Shown piece by piece: positions 38,805 to 50,528 of a stretch of DNA of 64,000 nucleotides. Position 1 is the first letter of the stretch. Each line of letters starts with the position of its first letter. The stretch spans positions 32,001 through 96,000 of the forward strand of contig JAYTHU010000062.1 in NCBI GenBank assembly GCA_043732305.1, in the 5' to 3' direction. The notes below the pieces were generated by a model. It worked only from the letters and a program-made list of their open reading frames with translations, was not told where the DNA came from and searched no databases. The translations under genes and the position numbers were made by a program. This stretch comes from Oligoflexia bacterium (GTDB lineage Bacteria > Bdellovibrionota > Bdellovibrionia > JABDDW01).

Positions 38805-41246
38805 TTAATGCGTGTTCACTTGTCCACTATACTGAGCTTTGATTCCTTCAACGGCGTCACGTAACCCAGCCTTGAAGATCTCTTCAGGCTTTTTGACTTC
38901 CAGAGCGTTGATCAAAACTTGATCCACATGATCTACTAAAATCACGCGAAGCTCCTTCATGATCTTCTTAGGAATGTCTTTTAAGTCTTTTTCATTTTCC
39001 TTAGGGCAGATGATAGTTTTGATTCCACCACGATGGGCAGCCAGCATCTTTTCCTTCAGTCCGCCAATAGGAAGAACTCTTCCGCGAAGGGTCACTTCAC
39101 CGGTCATTGCCACGGTTTTTCTAACAGGAATCTTAGTCAACGCAGAGACAATTGATGTCACCATTGTCACACCGGCTGATGGTCCGTCTTTAGGGATAGA
39201 TCCTTCAGGAACGTGAATGTGGATATCTGCATTGTGCAAAAACTCTTTGTCGATTCCCATGAGAGGAGCGCGAGATCTGACGTAGCTCATTGCTGCGCTA
39301 GCAGATTCTTTCATCACGTCGCCCAATTGGCCAGTGACTTGGAATCTCCCTTTGCCGGGAACAACGCTGACCTCAACAACCAACAAGTCGCCGCCGACTT
39401 CGGTCCAAGCCATTCCGTTGGTAAGTCCAATTTCATTCTTGGCTTCGATCTTACCGAATTTATATTTCTCGGCGCCGAGGATGTCCTTCATGTTCTTGGC
39501 AGTGACACTGAAACCCTTTAGCTTTTTGTTAGCCAAAAGTTTTCGAGCTACCTTGCGACAAACATTGGAAAGTTCGCGTTCCAAGTTTCTCACGCCAGCT
39601 TCTCGAGTGTATCCTCTGATCAATATACGAATAGCGGAGTCTTGAATTTCCACTTTTCTATGGGACAAACCGTTGGCTTCAATAACTTTAGGAACAAGGT
39701 ATTTTCTAGCGATCTGGAACTTCTCTTCTTCAGTGTAACCTTCGAGGGAAATGATTTCCATTCGATCCAATAAAGGACGAGGAATGGTATGAAGTGTATT
39801 TGCGGTTGCCACAAAAGTGGTTTTGCTCAAATCATAATCAATTTCCAAGTAGTGATCACCGAAGTTCACATTCTGCTCAGGATCCAAAACTTCCAAAAGT
39901 GCAGAAGAAGGATCACCGCGGAAATCTGTGCTCATCTTGTCGATTTCGTCGAGCAAGAAAACAGGGTTTCCAGTTTCCGCTTTCTTCATTGCTTGAAGAA
40001 TTTTACCAGGCATAGCACCAATGTAGGTGCGTCTGTGACCGCGAATTTCGGCTTCGTCACGAACTCCGCCTAAACTGATACGCACAAAATTCTTGTGCAT
40101 TGCTCTTGCGATAGATCGAGCTAACGAAGTTTTTCCGACTCCGGGAGGACCAACCAAGCAAAGAATAGGACCCTTTTGGTTATCAACAATGCTTTGCACT
40201 GCTAGATATTCCAGAATTCTTTCCTTAACTTTTTCTAAACCGAAATGGTCAGCGTCTAGAATTTTTTCTGCCTCTAAAATATCAGTTTTGGCATCAGAGA
40301 ATTTATTCCAAGGAAGAGCCAATATCCAATCGATGTAGTTTCTCACTACGGTTGCTTCCGCAGACATAGGAGACATCATCTTGAGTTTTTTGATTTCTTT
40401 CTTAACTTTATCAGCCGCTTCTTTCGTGAGAGGCTTCTCTTTGGAGAGCTTTTCTAACTCGACGATTTCCTGCTGAAAATCATCTTTTTCGCCAAGCTCT
40501 TTTTGGATCGCTTGCATTTGCTCATTGAGATAATATTCTTTTTGAGATTTCTCCATTTGCTTCTTCACGCGAGATCGAATCTTCTTTTCCACTTGTAGAA
40601 TTTCGATTTCACCACTCATGAGTGAAAGCAATTGTTCCAAACGCTTCGCGGGATCAATCAATTCCAAAGCTTTTTGTTTGTCTTCAAGCTTAAGATTGAG
40701 TTGCGCAACAATAGTGTCCGCCAAACGCCCAGGCTGTTCGATACTTGCAACAGACATAAGCATTTCAGGTGGGATACGTTTGTTTAATTTAACGTAGGTT
40801 TCAAATGTCGTTTTCACCGAGCGCATAAGAGCTTCGGTTTCAACTTTGTTTTCCATTTTTTCTGGAAGCTCTTCACATTCAACCATGAAGAAATTGTCAT
40901 TAGAAACATAGTTCAAAACACGAACTCGCTTTTTGCCTTCGATCAAAACCTTTACGGTTCCATCAGGTAAACGCAAAAGCTGGATGATACTTCCGAGAGT
41001 TCCGATTTCATAGATGTCAGCTGATTCTGGATTATTTGTCTTTGCTTCTTTTTGAGCAGCGAGAACAATGTCGATTTTCTTGTTCATAGCTTCTTCGAGA
41101 GCATTGATACTTTTTTCGCGGCCAACAAAGAGCGGCATCATCATGTGCGGAAACACAATAACGTCACGCAAGGGAAGCAGCGGAAGCTTCATTCTCAGAC
41201 CTTGAGTATGTCCTTGTGTTTGGGAATCTTTCTTACTAGTACTCAT
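38805..41246 (-). CDS. lon: Lon protease
   Basis: [34 protein letters not shown]. Confidence 0.99.
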   Translation of the reverse strand: MSTSKKDSQTQGHTQGLRMKLPLLPLRDVIVFPHMMMPLFVGREKSINALEEAMNKKIDIVLAAQKEAKTNNPESADIYEIGTLGSIIQLLRLPDGTVKVLIEGKKRVRVLNYVSNDNFFMVECEELPEKMENKVETEALMRSVKTTFETYVKLNKRIPPEMLMSVASIEQPGRLADTIVAQLNLKLEDKQKALELIDPAKRLEQLLSLMSGEIEILQVEKKIRSRVKKQMEKSQKEYYLNEQMQAIQKELGEKDDFQQEIVELEKLSKEKPLTKEAADKVKKEIKKLKMMSPMSAEATVVRNYIDWILALPWNKFSDAKTDILEAEKILDADHFGLEKVKERILEYLAVQSIVDNQKGPILCLVGPPGVGKTSLARSIARAMHKNFVRISLGGVRDEAEIRGHRRTYIGAMPGKILQAMKKAETGNPVFLLDEIDKMSTDFRGDPSSALLEVLDPEQNVNFGDHYLEIDYDLSKTTFVATANTLHTIPRPLLDRMEIISLEGYTEEEKFQIARKYLVPKVIEANGLSHRKVEIQDSAIRILIRGYTREAGVRNLERELSNVCRKVARKLLANKKLKGFSVTAKNMKDILGAEKYKFGKIEAKNEIGLTNGMAWTEVGGDLLVVEVSVVPGKGRFQVTGQLGDVMKESASAAMSYVRSRAPLMGIDKEFLHNADIHIHVPEGSIPKDGPSAGVTMVTSIVSALTKIPVRKTVAMTGEVTLRGRVLPIGGLKEKMLAAHRGGIKTIICPKENEKDLKDIPKKIMKELRVILVDHVDQVLINALEVKKPEEIFKAGLRDAVEGIKAQYSGQVNTH

Positions 41247-41291
41247 TCGCCCTCCTCTTAAAATTACATTGTTAAAGGTGATGAGAGAACT

Positions 41292-42572
41292 TTATGCGGA
41301 TTCAGCTTCAGCTTTTGCCGTTGAGGCTTTCATTTCCTCGTCGGTGTAGTACGTCATCCCTGGCGGTTTCCCGTCATTGATGACTCCTGCATCTATGATA
41401 CATTCTTTCACGTTATTTTTAGAAGGTATTTCGTACATAATATCCAACATTGATTGCTCAATGATGGCGCGAAGTCCTCGCGCGCCAGTTTTGCGTTGGA
41501 TAGCCTGTTTAGCAATTGCCTTCAATGCATCATCTGTGAAGCTAAGTTTGACATTTTCATATTCGAAAAGACGTTTGTACTGCTTGGTGAGAGCGTTTTT
41601 TGGTTTGATTAAAATTTCGATCAAAGCCTCTTCGGTCAATTCTTCCAAAATAGCCATTACAGGTAACCGCCCAATGAATTCAGGAATCAATCCGTATTTC
41701 ACCAAGTCATCAGGTTGCATGCTATTGAGAGTTTTGCTGAGATTTTTTTCTTTGGTGCTTCGAATATCGGCACCAATACCTAAACTCTTGTTGTCCACGC
41801 GATTATCCACGATCTTATCTAACCCGACGAAAGCCCCGCCGCAGATAAACAAAATATTGCTCGTGTTCACTTGAATGAACTCTTGTTGAGGATGTTTACG
41901 TCCGCCTTTGGGAGGCAAATTAGCAACCGTTCCTTCAATGATTTTAAGTAGCGCTTGTTGAACACCTTCACCGCTCACATCGCGAGTGATAGAAGGATTT
42001 TCAGATTTTCTAGAAATTTTATCGATCTCATCTATGTAGATGACGCCGCGCTGAGCACGATCAACATCATAGTCAGCTGATTGCAATAAATTGAGAACAA
42101 CGTTTTCAACGTCTTCACCAACATATCCAGCTTCTGTCAATGCGGTGGCATCAGCCATAGCAAAGGGAACGTTCAAAATTTTTGCTATAGTTTGTGCGAG
42201 CAAAGTTTTGCCTGATCCTGTGGGACCAATCAGCAAGATATTACTCTTCGAAATTTCGATATCACCTTTAGAGCGATGAGAAATGGAATTGATGCGTTTG
42301 TAATGATTGTGAACGGCGACGGCTAAAGACTTCTTAGCTTTTTCCTGACCAATAACGTAATCATCCAAGAAAAGTTTGATGTCGAGAGGCTTCGGAACTT
42401 TATGAGTTCCGGACTTGATCTCTTCTCTCTCTTTTTCTTCAACGATAATATCGTTACAAAGGTCAATACACTCGTTGCAGATGTAAACGTTGGGACCCGC
42501 AATAAGTTTTTTGACTTCTTTTTGGTTCTTTCCACAGAAACTACAATTCAATGTTGCAGCCATTTTTTCCAT
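41292..42572 (-). CDS. clpX: ATP-dependent Clp protease ATPase subunit
   Basis: CSFC..CNEC zinc finger, [20 protein letters not shown]. Confidence 0.99.
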   Translation of the reverse strand: MEKMAATLNCSFCGKNQKEVKKLIAGPNVYICNECIDLCNDIIVEEKEREEIKSGTHKVPKPLDIKLFLDDYVIGQEKAKKSLAVAVHNHYKRINSISHRSKGDIEISKSNILLIGPTGSGKTLLAQTIAKILNVPFAMADATALTEAGYVGEDVENVVLNLLQSADYDVDRAQRGVIYIDEIDKISRKSENPSITRDVSGEGVQQALLKIIEGTVANLPPKGGRKHPQQEFIQVNTSNILFICGGAFVGLDKIVDNRVDNKSLGIGADIRSTKEKNLSKTLNSMQPDDLVKYGLIPEFIGRLPVMAILEELTEEALIEILIKPKNALTKQYKRLFEYENVKLSFTDDALKAIAKQAIQRKTGARGLRAIIEQSMLDIMYEIPSKNNVKECIIDAGVINDGKPPGMTYYTDEEMKASTAKAEAESA

Positions 42573-42590
42573 CCCTGTTTCCTAGCTTTT

Positions 42591-43199
42591 TTAAGCAGGA
42601 GTCTTAACACTCTTTCGTTCGGCGACCACCACGTCCACTAGACCATAAGCCAGAGCATCCTCAGCGGACATGTAGTTGTCACGATCCATATCTTTTTCAA
42701 GACGCTCGTAAGGCTGCCCAGTATGCTTGACGTACAACTTGGTAAGTCTTTTCTTCATGTCAACAAATTCGCGGGCATGAATTTCAATGTCGCTGACTTG
42801 TCCTTGTAAACCACCCGTGATGATAGGTTGGTGAATCATTACTCTTCCGTGCGGAAGAATATGACGCTTGCCTTTGGTCCCTGCCATTAAAAGCAGTGAA
42901 CCCATGCTTGCTGCCATGCCGGTGCAGTAGGTTTGAACATCACACTTTACAAATTGCATAATGTCGTAAATCCCCAAGCCCGAGGTAACACTACCGCCAG
43001 GTGAATTGATATATAAGTGAATGTCCTTTTCAGGGTTCTCCATCTCAAGGAATAAAATCTGCGCGATTACAACGTTGGCGACTTGGTCGTCAATAGCCGA
43101 GCCTAAAAAGATAATTCTATCTTTTAACAGGCGCGAGTAAATATCGTAACTGCGTTCCCCTCGAGGAGTTTGCTCAACAACTATAGGTATAAGAGCCAT
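42591..43199 (-). CDS. clpP: ATP-dependent Clp protease proteolytic subunit
   Basis: [10 protein letters not shown] start with GGAGG SD; YINSPGG, AASMG, MIHQP. Confidence 0.98.
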   Translation of the reverse strand: MALIPIVVEQTPRGERSYDIYSRLLKDRIIFLGSAIDDQVANVVIAQILFLEMENPEKDIHLYINSPGGSVTSGLGIYDIMQFVKCDVQTYCTGMAASMGSLLLMAGTKGKRHILPHGRVMIHQPIITGGLQGQVSDIEIHAREFVDMKKRLTKLYVKHTGQPYERLEKDMDRDNYMSAEDALAYGLVDVVVAERKSVKTPA

Positions 43200-43358
43200 C
43201 TCGATCCTCCAGACATAAGCATAACACCGGTTGATGCTCTGTCTATCAAAAATAAATATCTTCAGAGTCCAGTTTAGTGAGTCATTTGAAATAGTTACAC
43301 GCAGAGACATAAAGTTTTTTGTCTGATTATTGACGGGCAATAAGTAGAGGAAAAGAAT

Positions 43359-43386
43359 TTGACTAAGTCCAGTTGCGACCTATACT
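43359..43386 (+). promoter_or_regulatory. Putative sigma-70 promoter of pepA
   Basis: TTGACT-N16-TATACT. Confidence 0.5.
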
Positions 43387-43433
43387 CGTCTACGCATCAG
43401 ATTACATGTCTAAACTTTGACGTAGGGAGATAT

Positions 43434-44978
43434 ATGGAATTGAAATGTGAAAGCATTGCAGCAAGTCATTCAAAATCACAGTGCTTAGTTTTGTTTGCGT
43501 CGAGCACAGGCAGCAAAATGTCCCCACAAATATCGCTAGATATAAAAGGCAAAGAATTGTCTGGAGCATTAGCGTTAATACAAAAATCATTCTCCGAAAA
43601 ACGATTCAAAGGCGCCGCAAAAGACTCCGTCTTTTTCCGCGATGTGAATGTTTCTGGTTTTGAAAGCATGATGGTAGTTGGGCTTGGAGATAAAAAAGAT
43701 ATCTCTGAAGAAACTATTCGCTCAGCTGGAGCCATCGTCACAAAAACTCTCACTAAAGAAAAAATGCTCTCAGCCACGGTCGCTATTGAGAGTCTTCGTC
43801 GGCTGACTTCGGATGCAGCTGGTAGTGGCCGCGCATTAAGTGAAGGTTTGTTACTAGCTTCCTACAAATATGACGAATTAAAATCTAAACCCAAAGGTGA
43901 AGAGGCTGCGGCAAAAGCTCCCGCGATGGTGATTAAGTTTGCTCTTGCTGACAAAGCTGCGCTTATGAAATTTGCTGATGGCGTAGACCTCGGCGAGATC
44001 ATGAGCGAAGCAACAAACTTCAGTCGAGATCTTGGAAACGGCCCTGGTAATTATATTACTCCTACAAATTTAGCGGAACGTGCTCGCACCGCCTCCAAAG
44101 GTTTACCCATCAAGTTTCAAGCGCTAAACAAAAAACAGATAGAAGCTTTGAAGATGGGATCTTTCTTAGGTGTGAATCAAGGCAGCACAGAAGAGCCTCG
44201 ATTTATCATCATGGAATATTTTGGCGCGGCGAAAAGTAAAAAGCCCGTCGTTCTTGTAGGAAAAGGTCTCACCTTTGATACTGGTGGAATAAGTATCAAG
44301 CCTGGTGCAGCGATGGAAGAAATGAAATTCGACATGTGCGGTGGTGCCGCTGTTATTGGAACTATTTTAGCTCTCGCAAAAATGAAAGCCAAAGTCAACG
44401 TCGTCGCGCTTGTTCCCTCGACAGACAATATGCCTGATGGCAATTCCATGAAACCTGGAGATGTACTTACATCTCGCAATGGCAAAACTATTGAAGTGAA
44501 TAACACTGATGCAGAAGGTCGATTGATTCTATGTGACGCTCTCGTTTATGCCTGTGATCACTACGAACCCGCAGCTATCATTGACGCGGCTACCTTGACC
44601 GGCGCATGTGTTGTTGCTCTTGGAAACGTCTTCGCGGGATTCTTTTGCAAAGATAAAAATCTTTTAAAGAAAATTAACGAAGCGTCCATCAGCAGTGGTG
44701 AAAAAATCTGGCAACTGCCTTTAGTTGATGCTTATGTTGACGACATGAAAGGCACTTATGCCGATCTTTCGAACATTGCTATGGGAGTTAAAGGTGGCGG
44801 ATCTTCGCAGGGAGCAGCTTTCTTAAGTCAATTTGTGACCGAGGGGATACCTTGGGCACATTTTGATATTGCGGCCACCGCGTGGCATTTGGGCGGACGC
44901 TACAATTACAATCCCGATCGCGGAGCTTCCGGTTTTGCCGTAAGACTATTTGCTGATTTGGTTTTGAGTTTGGCGTAA
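43434..44978 (+). CDS. pepA: Leucyl aminopeptidase (M17)
   Basis: VGKGLTFDTGGISIK, MKFDMCG, NTDAEGRL; AGGGAG SD before ATG 43434. Confidence 0.96.
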   Translation: MELKCESIAASHSKSQCLVLFASSTGSKMSPQISLDIKGKELSGALALIQKSFSEKRFKGAAKDSVFFRDVNVSGFESMMVVGLGDKKDISEETIRSAGAIVTKTLTKEKMLSATVAIESLRRLTSDAAGSGRALSEGLLLASYKYDELKSKPKGEEAAAKAPAMVIKFALADKAALMKFADGVDLGEIMSEATNFSRDLGNGPGNYITPTNLAERARTASKGLPIKFQALNKKQIEALKMGSFLGVNQGSTEEPRFIIMEYFGAAKSKKPVVLVGKGLTFDTGGISIKPGAAMEEMKFDMCGGAAVIGTILALAKMKAKVNVVALVPSTDNMPDGNSMKPGDVLTSRNGKTIEVNNTDAEGRLILCDALVYACDHYEPAAIIDAATLTGACVVALGNVFAGFFCKDKNLLKKINEASISSGEKIWQLPLVDAYVDDMKGTYADLSNIAMGVKGGGSSQGAAFLSQFVTEGIPWAHFDIAATAWHLGGRYNYNPDRGASGFAVRLFADLVLSLA

Positions 44979-45004
44979 AACGTTTTCCTCGGGGGAGGCA
45001 TACC

Positions 45005-45490
45005 ATTCGTTCACTTGGTTTTATTGTAATTTTGAGCTTCGCATTCATAGGGATTTCTGCCTTTGGAAATCCCTGTCCAGCGACTTTGAGTCTGGTGATG
45101 GTTGAATTCACGACTCACTTGAATGAAGCCGAAACAACTCTTCTCCAAGCTAGAGCGGGAAAAAGCATTTCCATAGAGCAAATTCAAATAGCTATCGGAC
45201 ATGTGGAAGCAGCTAAACTTTCAACAGTTCAAGCTGCCGAAAAAGCAAAAACTTCCATGAAACCTAAAAAGTGGGCAACCCTGGCTCTGGATAAAAGGGA
45301 CTTGTTTCTAGAAAAATATGATACCGCCATGTGGGATTTTGCGGAGATATTAGAAAATTACCAAAAAGCTTTTGAAAATTGGAAACTCGCTACAATCTCA
45401 GGACAAGGCGCGAACTATGATTTTCTAGAGTTATCGAATATGAAATTAAAAGTTCAGGCCTTTGCTGGCGACGCTCATCACAAATTCTAA
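45005..45490 (+). CDS. Secreted cytochrome b562-like four-helix bundle, probable ATT start
   Basis: GGGGGAGG-N6-ATT gives signal peptide MRSLGFIVILSFAFIGISAFG; Met near N-terminus and C-terminal AHHKF resemble b562 heme ligands. Confidence 0.55.
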   Translation: MRSLGFIVILSFAFIGISAFGNPCPATLSLVMVEFTTHLNEAETTLLQARAGKSISIEQIQIAIGHVEAAKLSTVQAAEKAKTSMKPKKWATLALDKRDLFLEKYDTAMWDFAEILENYQKAFENWKLATISGQGANYDFLELSNMKLKVQAFAGDAHHKF

Positions 45491-45499
45491 ATTAAAAGA

Positions 45500-45904
45500 T
45501 CACTCTAGAAATCGAGATTTTTCAGAAGCGGTAGGCAGGCGGCAGGAATTTTTTTTGCCGAACCAAGCGTAGCGATTTTTCGCGATAATCTTATAAACGA
45601 CATCTGATATAGGCGAGGGAATGATTTTTAAAATTCCGAGCAATTTCCACGCGCCACCAAGGGAAATCAGGATTTTCAATACGGCATTAGATCGAAGGTA
45701 GATTTGCCCGTCTTCCCAGAGAATAATTGAATCCATTTTTTCAATATAATGAGCGGGGAGCATCTTTTCCGCTGTTTCACCTTGCAAAGAAGCCACCTGA
45801 AATTTCCGGCTCACGTCATATCGGAAAAGAAAATCCACAAAACCATTGCAGAGACTGCAAAGGCCATCGAAAAACACAATTGGTTTTGCATTTGGAGAGT
45901 TCAT
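45500..45904 (-). CDS. DCC1/YuxK thiol-disulfide oxidoreductase family
   Basis: FFDGLCSLCNG, ASLQ, IAKNRY.WFG..C. Confidence 0.9.
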   Translation of the reverse strand: MNSPNAKPIVFFDGLCSLCNGFVDFLFRYDVSRKFQVASLQGETAEKMLPAHYIEKMDSIILWEDGQIYLRSNAVLKILISLGGAWKLLGILKIIPSPISDVVYKIIAKNRYAWFGKKNSCRLPTASEKSRFLE

Positions 45905-46110
45905 AGTTCTAAGATATACAGGATACAGGGGCATGGAAAGCGGTTTTTAAGTTCGGCGGGCGGGAATGGAATCATAGCGGGAGGATTTGTGAACACGATG
46001 TCTCCGAGTTACTTACAGATGAAGCTCCTAGAAAAGTGACGCTTTCCGGCTTTCACTTGTAGGTTCTACTTTCCAAAATCTTCCATCAGCAACACATCCA
46101 GATAAGGCCG

Positions 46111-46126
46111 CGGCACCAGGATTGCT
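46111..46126 (+). promoter_or_regulatory. Sigma-54 promoter
   Basis: CGGCACCAGGATTGCT = GGCAC-N5-TTGC. Confidence 0.65.
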
Positions 46127-46169
46127 CATATCCCAGATGTTATTAATTTTGAACTTACTGGAGTATGAA

Positions 46170-46766
46170 ATGTCATCGAAATCTATGTCGTCACTTGCCC
46201 TCGCCGAATTTACAGTTGTGCTTGCTAGCGCGCTTTTCTGTGCTCCTATCGCAAACGCAGCAGCGGTGAGTCATTCTTCAATCAAACATAATATTCGCGA
46301 GATCGTCACCTATGATGCTGAAGCCATGGAGAAAATGGTGAACAGAGCGATCAATTCCCATGAAACAGATGACAATGCTTTCTATTCTGATGCGGCGGAT
46401 GTTCTTGCAACCATCGTGTTGGTTCATCCCCGTTTTGCCGAGCGGGAAGCTGGATTGAGTCGATTGAAATCGAAAATGGATCAGGAAGAATTTTACGAAG
46501 TCATGAGACGAGCCGCAACAAAACTTCAGGTGACCCTCAAAGATGCTGAAGCGTCACCCTCGGATCAAGCTTCTGCTTTAGTCGCACTCACAAACTGGGT
46601 CGTCGAAGCTCGCCATTTGCCAGAAGATCAAGTTCAGCCCACTTTAGAAGTTATTGCTAAAAGCGATTTTCAAATTTCAGACGCCGCTCGTGACTTTGGT
46701 CGAGAGCCTCTCGAGCATTTGATTTCTCCGAGCGAAGAAGCAAAAGCAGCTCTCGCTAAAAACTAA
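46170..46766 (+). CDS. Secreted alpha-helical hypothetical protein
   Basis: GGAG SD before ATG 46170; signal peptide ending ANA. Confidence 0.7.
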   Translation: MSSKSMSSLALAEFTVVLASALFCAPIANAAAVSHSSIKHNIREIVTYDAEAMEKMVNRAINSHETDDNAFYSDAADVLATIVLVHPRFAEREAGLSRLKSKMDQEEFYEVMRRAATKLQVTLKDAEASPSDQASALVALTNWVVEARHLPEDQVQPTLEVIAKSDFQISDAARDFGREPLEHLISPSEEAKAALAKN

Positions 46767-46915
46767 ATTATTTTCCTCGTGGCAGGGGTAAAAGGCGAAC
46801 CAATTCAAATACGGCCTAAGCCAAGTCAAATTTGTGGCTCATATCACTCGACAAACCGCCTTAAAATCAATAGAAAGAGAGCTAGCCAGAGAATTAAAAA
46901 GACCTTAGGGAACAT

Positions 46916-49687
46916 ATGAAAAAAACTGCGCCTGAAAAACTTGTCGATCTTGCCCTATTGGAAAAAACCGCCAAACTCGCTCATTACTACGCGATGGCCA
47001 TGATCGATCAAGCGAATCATCATCGAGAAAAAGATCGCACGGATCCAAAAATCGGCGGACATCCTGCGGCTTGTTCCAGCGCGCTGCATATTCTGGGAGC
47101 CCTCCATCTTCACGTCAAAGGACCGTTTGATCATTTGGCCATCAAACCCCATGCGAGTCCCGCTGATCACGCTTACAATTTCCTACTCAAAAATCTTTTC
47201 ACTCCGGGCACTTTGGATCGCCTGAGCGATGAAGACATGAAAACAGCGATGCACGGATTGAGAAAATTCTCTCAAAACGGTGAGCCGGTTTTCCAAAGTT
47301 ATCATTCTGCGTTTGATCCAGACGGACTTAACTTTTTACCTTCCGGTAGCGTGGGAATTCCACCTGTGAAAGCCGCCTACTTAGCTCTCGCTTATCGTTA
47401 TGCCGAAGAACACGGTTACAAAGTTCCTCCTGGCGCGCATTTTTGGTGCTTGATTGGTGACAGTGAATTTCGTGAAGGCTCACTTTATGAAGCGATGCCC
47501 GATGCCGCCGAGCGCGAAGTCGGAACTGTGACTTGGATCATCGATTACAATCGTCAATCACTGGATGGTCACAGAATCACCAACAGACAAATTATGGGCG
47601 GGACAGATGATATGCGCATCGAGCGCACTGCAGCAGCAAATGGTTGGGAAGTGATTCAAGTTCGCCACGGTCGGATGCGCCAAGCGGCGTTCAATAAACC
47701 TGGCGGCGATATTTTCAAATCTGTTTTAGAAAATAGTTTTGACGATTATGAATATCAAAGTTTGCTTGGCTCTCGAGATGACGGAAAAATAAAAGAAACT
47801 TTTTTGCAAAAAAATCCGGAACTAAAAACTTTTTTGGCCGGATTAAAAAATGGCGAAGTTTTTGATTTACTCCATGATCTTGGTGGTCATGACATGGCAG
47901 AAGTTATCGATGCTTTTGAAAAATCAAAAGTGAACAAGAAAAAACCAACATTAGTCATTTGCCACACAGTCAAAGGTTGGGGCCTTGAGTCCATGGCCGT
48001 TAGTGGAAATCACAGCACATTGCCGGAGGAAGCAGAGATGACATCTCTGCGGAAAGCTCAAAAAGTTCCCGCTGATAATATTTTTGCACGCCCCGAGGAA
48101 CTAGTAGGTAGAACAGACGCAGCTGATATCGCAGCATTCGTAAAAACTCGCGGAGATAAATTGCACGAAGGATTCAAAGAGCAATTCCAGATGCGTGATG
48201 AAAATCAGGCGTTCTTCGCTGCTGACCTATCTAAGAACGGAACCATCCCAGAAACCATGGGCATCAACTTAAAGATGATGCCTATCGTTCACACTCAATG
48301 GATGCTTGGACAAATCGCCGCAAAGATGACTCGAATAGCGAACACTTCACTAGATGAAACTAAACTTACAGAAAGACAACGCGTTCTTACTGAAGATGAA
48401 AAGCGCTGGAAGACAATCAGCGAAGCATTGATCACCATGGCTCCTGACGTTGGAACATCAACCAATCTCAATCCCACCATGGACGGAAAAATCTTTGCAC
48501 CAGAAATGGTTCAGGATTACGAAACCGCCTACGACGTGAAAGATGCAAAATCTCCCGATGTGGTTCCTGGAGAAGAAGTATCTCATCGTCATTTGAGATT
48601 TGAAATTGCCGAAGGAAACGCCATGTCTTGCGCTGGCAGCTACGGAAAAATGCGCGACATCACAGGTATTCCGTTTCTACCGTTAATGACTGTTTATGAT
48701 TTTTTTATCAAGCGTGCTCTCGATCAACTTTTTTACAATCTGTACTGGGGATCGAGTTTCATTTTGGTAGGAACACCTGCCGGTGTGTCTCTTTCACCCG
48801 AAGGCGCTCAACACGGATGGAAGAGTGACATTCAGATTCCAAACTTGATCACCTGGGAGCCAATGTTTGCTCTCGAGCTCGATTGGATTTTTTCTGAAAG
48901 TGCTAAACTTCACATCGAAAATAAAAACCAAGGTCGCACGGGAGTTCTTATTCGCGCGGTAACTCGCGGAGTGGAACAGGGTGAGATGCTCAAACGTTTA
49001 AAGAAACATTCTCGATTTGCGGCGCTCGACGAAAACGCGATTTTACAAGCCACACGCACCAATGCACTCAACGGCGGCTATTACCTGGTTGATCACAGAG
49101 GCGCGCAAGGTTATGAACCTGGTGACAACGTGATTAATATTTTTGCCATGGGAACAATGGGAACTGAAGCTTTAAAAGCTTCCGACACTTTGATGGCCAA
49201 AGGAATTTTTGCAAATGTCATCATGGTTTCATCTCCCGATTTAATGGTAGGAAATTTAGCCCATGAAAATGGCTACAAGCATTTACGAGAAACTTTGGGC
49301 GTGAATTCTAATTTGCATTTGGTTCCCTATGTGAACGGAAACTCTATTCCTGCTGACGTTTTGACTTTAGCCGGCCGCCGCATCCCTTGCGTGAGCGTGC
49401 ATGATGGCGAATCCGGACTACTGGACAACATTGGAAGCATCATTGGCGTGAAGCAAGAATGTCTTTCGGTCAGACATCACTCAAAGAGTGGGCGACCAGT
49501 AGAGATCTATGCTTATCATCACATCAATGATGAAGCCGTGGTCGAAGCTTGTGGAAAAGCATTGGCAGAAACAGCACTCGAGCAAGTGAGTCTTTCCAGT
49601 CAAGTGCTGGCACAAACACAAAACCAATTGCAGAAGAACTCTCATGATGACTTCAATAAAAACTGGCAGAATTACTGGCCCGGCTAA
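46916..49687 (+). CDS. aceE: Pyruvate dehydrogenase E1 (homodimeric AceE type)
   Basis: KIGGH, GDSE..N TPP motif, NRQSLDG, TVKGWG, EGAQH. Confidence 0.85.
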   Translation: MKKTAPEKLVDLALLEKTAKLAHYYAMAMIDQANHHREKDRTDPKIGGHPAACSSALHILGALHLHVKGPFDHLAIKPHASPADHAYNFLLKNLFTPGTLDRLSDEDMKTAMHGLRKFSQNGEPVFQSYHSAFDPDGLNFLPSGSVGIPPVKAAYLALAYRYAEEHGYKVPPGAHFWCLIGDSEFREGSLYEAMPDAAEREVGTVTWIIDYNRQSLDGHRITNRQIMGGTDDMRIERTAAANGWEVIQVRHGRMRQAAFNKPGGDIFKSVLENSFDDYEYQSLLGSRDDGKIKETFLQKNPELKTFLAGLKNGEVFDLLHDLGGHDMAEVIDAFEKSKVNKKKPTLVICHTVKGWGLESMAVSGNHSTLPEEAEMTSLRKAQKVPADNIFARPEELVGRTDAADIAAFVKTRGDKLHEGFKEQFQMRDENQAFFAADLSKNGTIPETMGINLKMMPIVHTQWMLGQIAAKMTRIANTSLDETKLTERQRVLTEDEKRWKTISEALITMAPDVGTSTNLNPTMDGKIFAPEMVQDYETAYDVKDAKSPDVVPGEEVSHRHLRFEIAEGNAMSCAGSYGKMRDITGIPFLPLMTVYDFFIKRALDQLFYNLYWGSSFILVGTPAGVSLSPEGAQHGWKSDIQIPNLITWEPMFALELDWIFSESAKLHIENKNQGRTGVLIRAVTRGVEQGEMLKRLKKHSRFAALDENAILQATRTNALNGGYYLVDHRGAQGYEPGDNVINIFAMGTMGTEALKASDTLMAKGIFANVIMVSSPDLMVGNLAHENGYKHLRETLGVNSNLHLVPYVNGNSIPADVLTLAGRRIPCVSVHDGESGLLDNIGSIIGVKQECLSVRHHSKSGRPVEIYAYHHINDEAVVEACGKALAETALEQVSLSSQVLAQTQNQLQKNSHDDFNKNWQNYWPG

Positions 49688-50457
49688 TGGGATTCTTTTC
49701 TAAATTTAAATTTAGAGCCGAGCCCCATTTGACTTGGCATTTCTCGAGCGACATCAAAGACTCCTACTTTCGCCCGGTGATTGCGCTCATTCATAATTTT
49801 GGTGGCACTGAAGAACATTTTCTCAAGCATGTGCAGTACTTGAATCAACTTGGATTTGACGCGGTAACTTTTGATCTAAGCTGGCATAAAAATGGCGACC
49901 GGGTTATTTTTTTTAGGCGAATCAGAAAAGCATGGTCGAAAGAAATTAAAACCGCTCTCACTGAAATTCTGCAAAAACGTGATATCATCGTTTTCACGTT
50001 CTCGGGCTTAGGGGCCTGCACTTTTGATGCGGTTGCGGAATTGCTTCCTAGGCATCGTGATAAAATCAAATCTTTGATTTTTGATTCTGGTCCTTTCGAT
50101 GAGTACTCCACCTGTGTGGATAGAATGTTGGAATATTATTATGGAATAAAAACCAAATGGCTGAGGTCGGCGCTCACAAAACTTTTAGTTTTCGCTTGGG
50201 ATCCGGAAAACTCGCAGACCACTCGCCAGAAAATAGCTGAAATTCTGAAACTTAAACCGGAATTGCCGGTCTTATCTATTGAGGGGGCAAGAGACAAAAT
50301 CGTTCCCATAGCTTTTATTCAAAACTGCTTCGAAATGATTCGAAATACTTCACAGCACTTCACCCAAGTCATCTTTGAACTTGGTGGCCACTTGACAAGT
50401 TTTAAAGAAGAACCGGCCAAATATAAGGCAACCCTCCGTAAATTTCTTTTTGGTTGA
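49687..50457 (+). CDS. Alpha/beta hydrolase (DUF829/TMEM53-like)
   Basis: FTFSGLG elbow, IFDSGP, DKIV, GGH. Confidence 0.7.
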   Translation: MGFFSKFKFRAEPHLTWHFSSDIKDSYFRPVIALIHNFGGTEEHFLKHVQYLNQLGFDAVTFDLSWHKNGDRVIFFRRIRKAWSKEIKTALTEILQKRDIIVFTFSGLGACTFDAVAELLPRHRDKIKSLIFDSGPFDEYSTCVDRMLEYYYGIKTKWLRSALTKLLVFAWDPENSQTTRQKIAEILKLKPELPVLSIEGARDKIVPIAFIQNCFEMIRNTSQHFTQVIFELGGHLTSFKEEPAKYKATLRKFLFG

Positions 50458-50528
50458 AAAACCACTCAAATATAACTAGTAAAGTAGCTCCACCCATATC
50501 CGCGAAAGCGAAGTATTTAGGAGTTTCT

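Noticed and set aside
43200..43433. Long N-terminal extensions of ClpP and PepA
   Set aside because: Canonical starts with SD at 43199 and 43434; the extensions cover the divergent promoter region.
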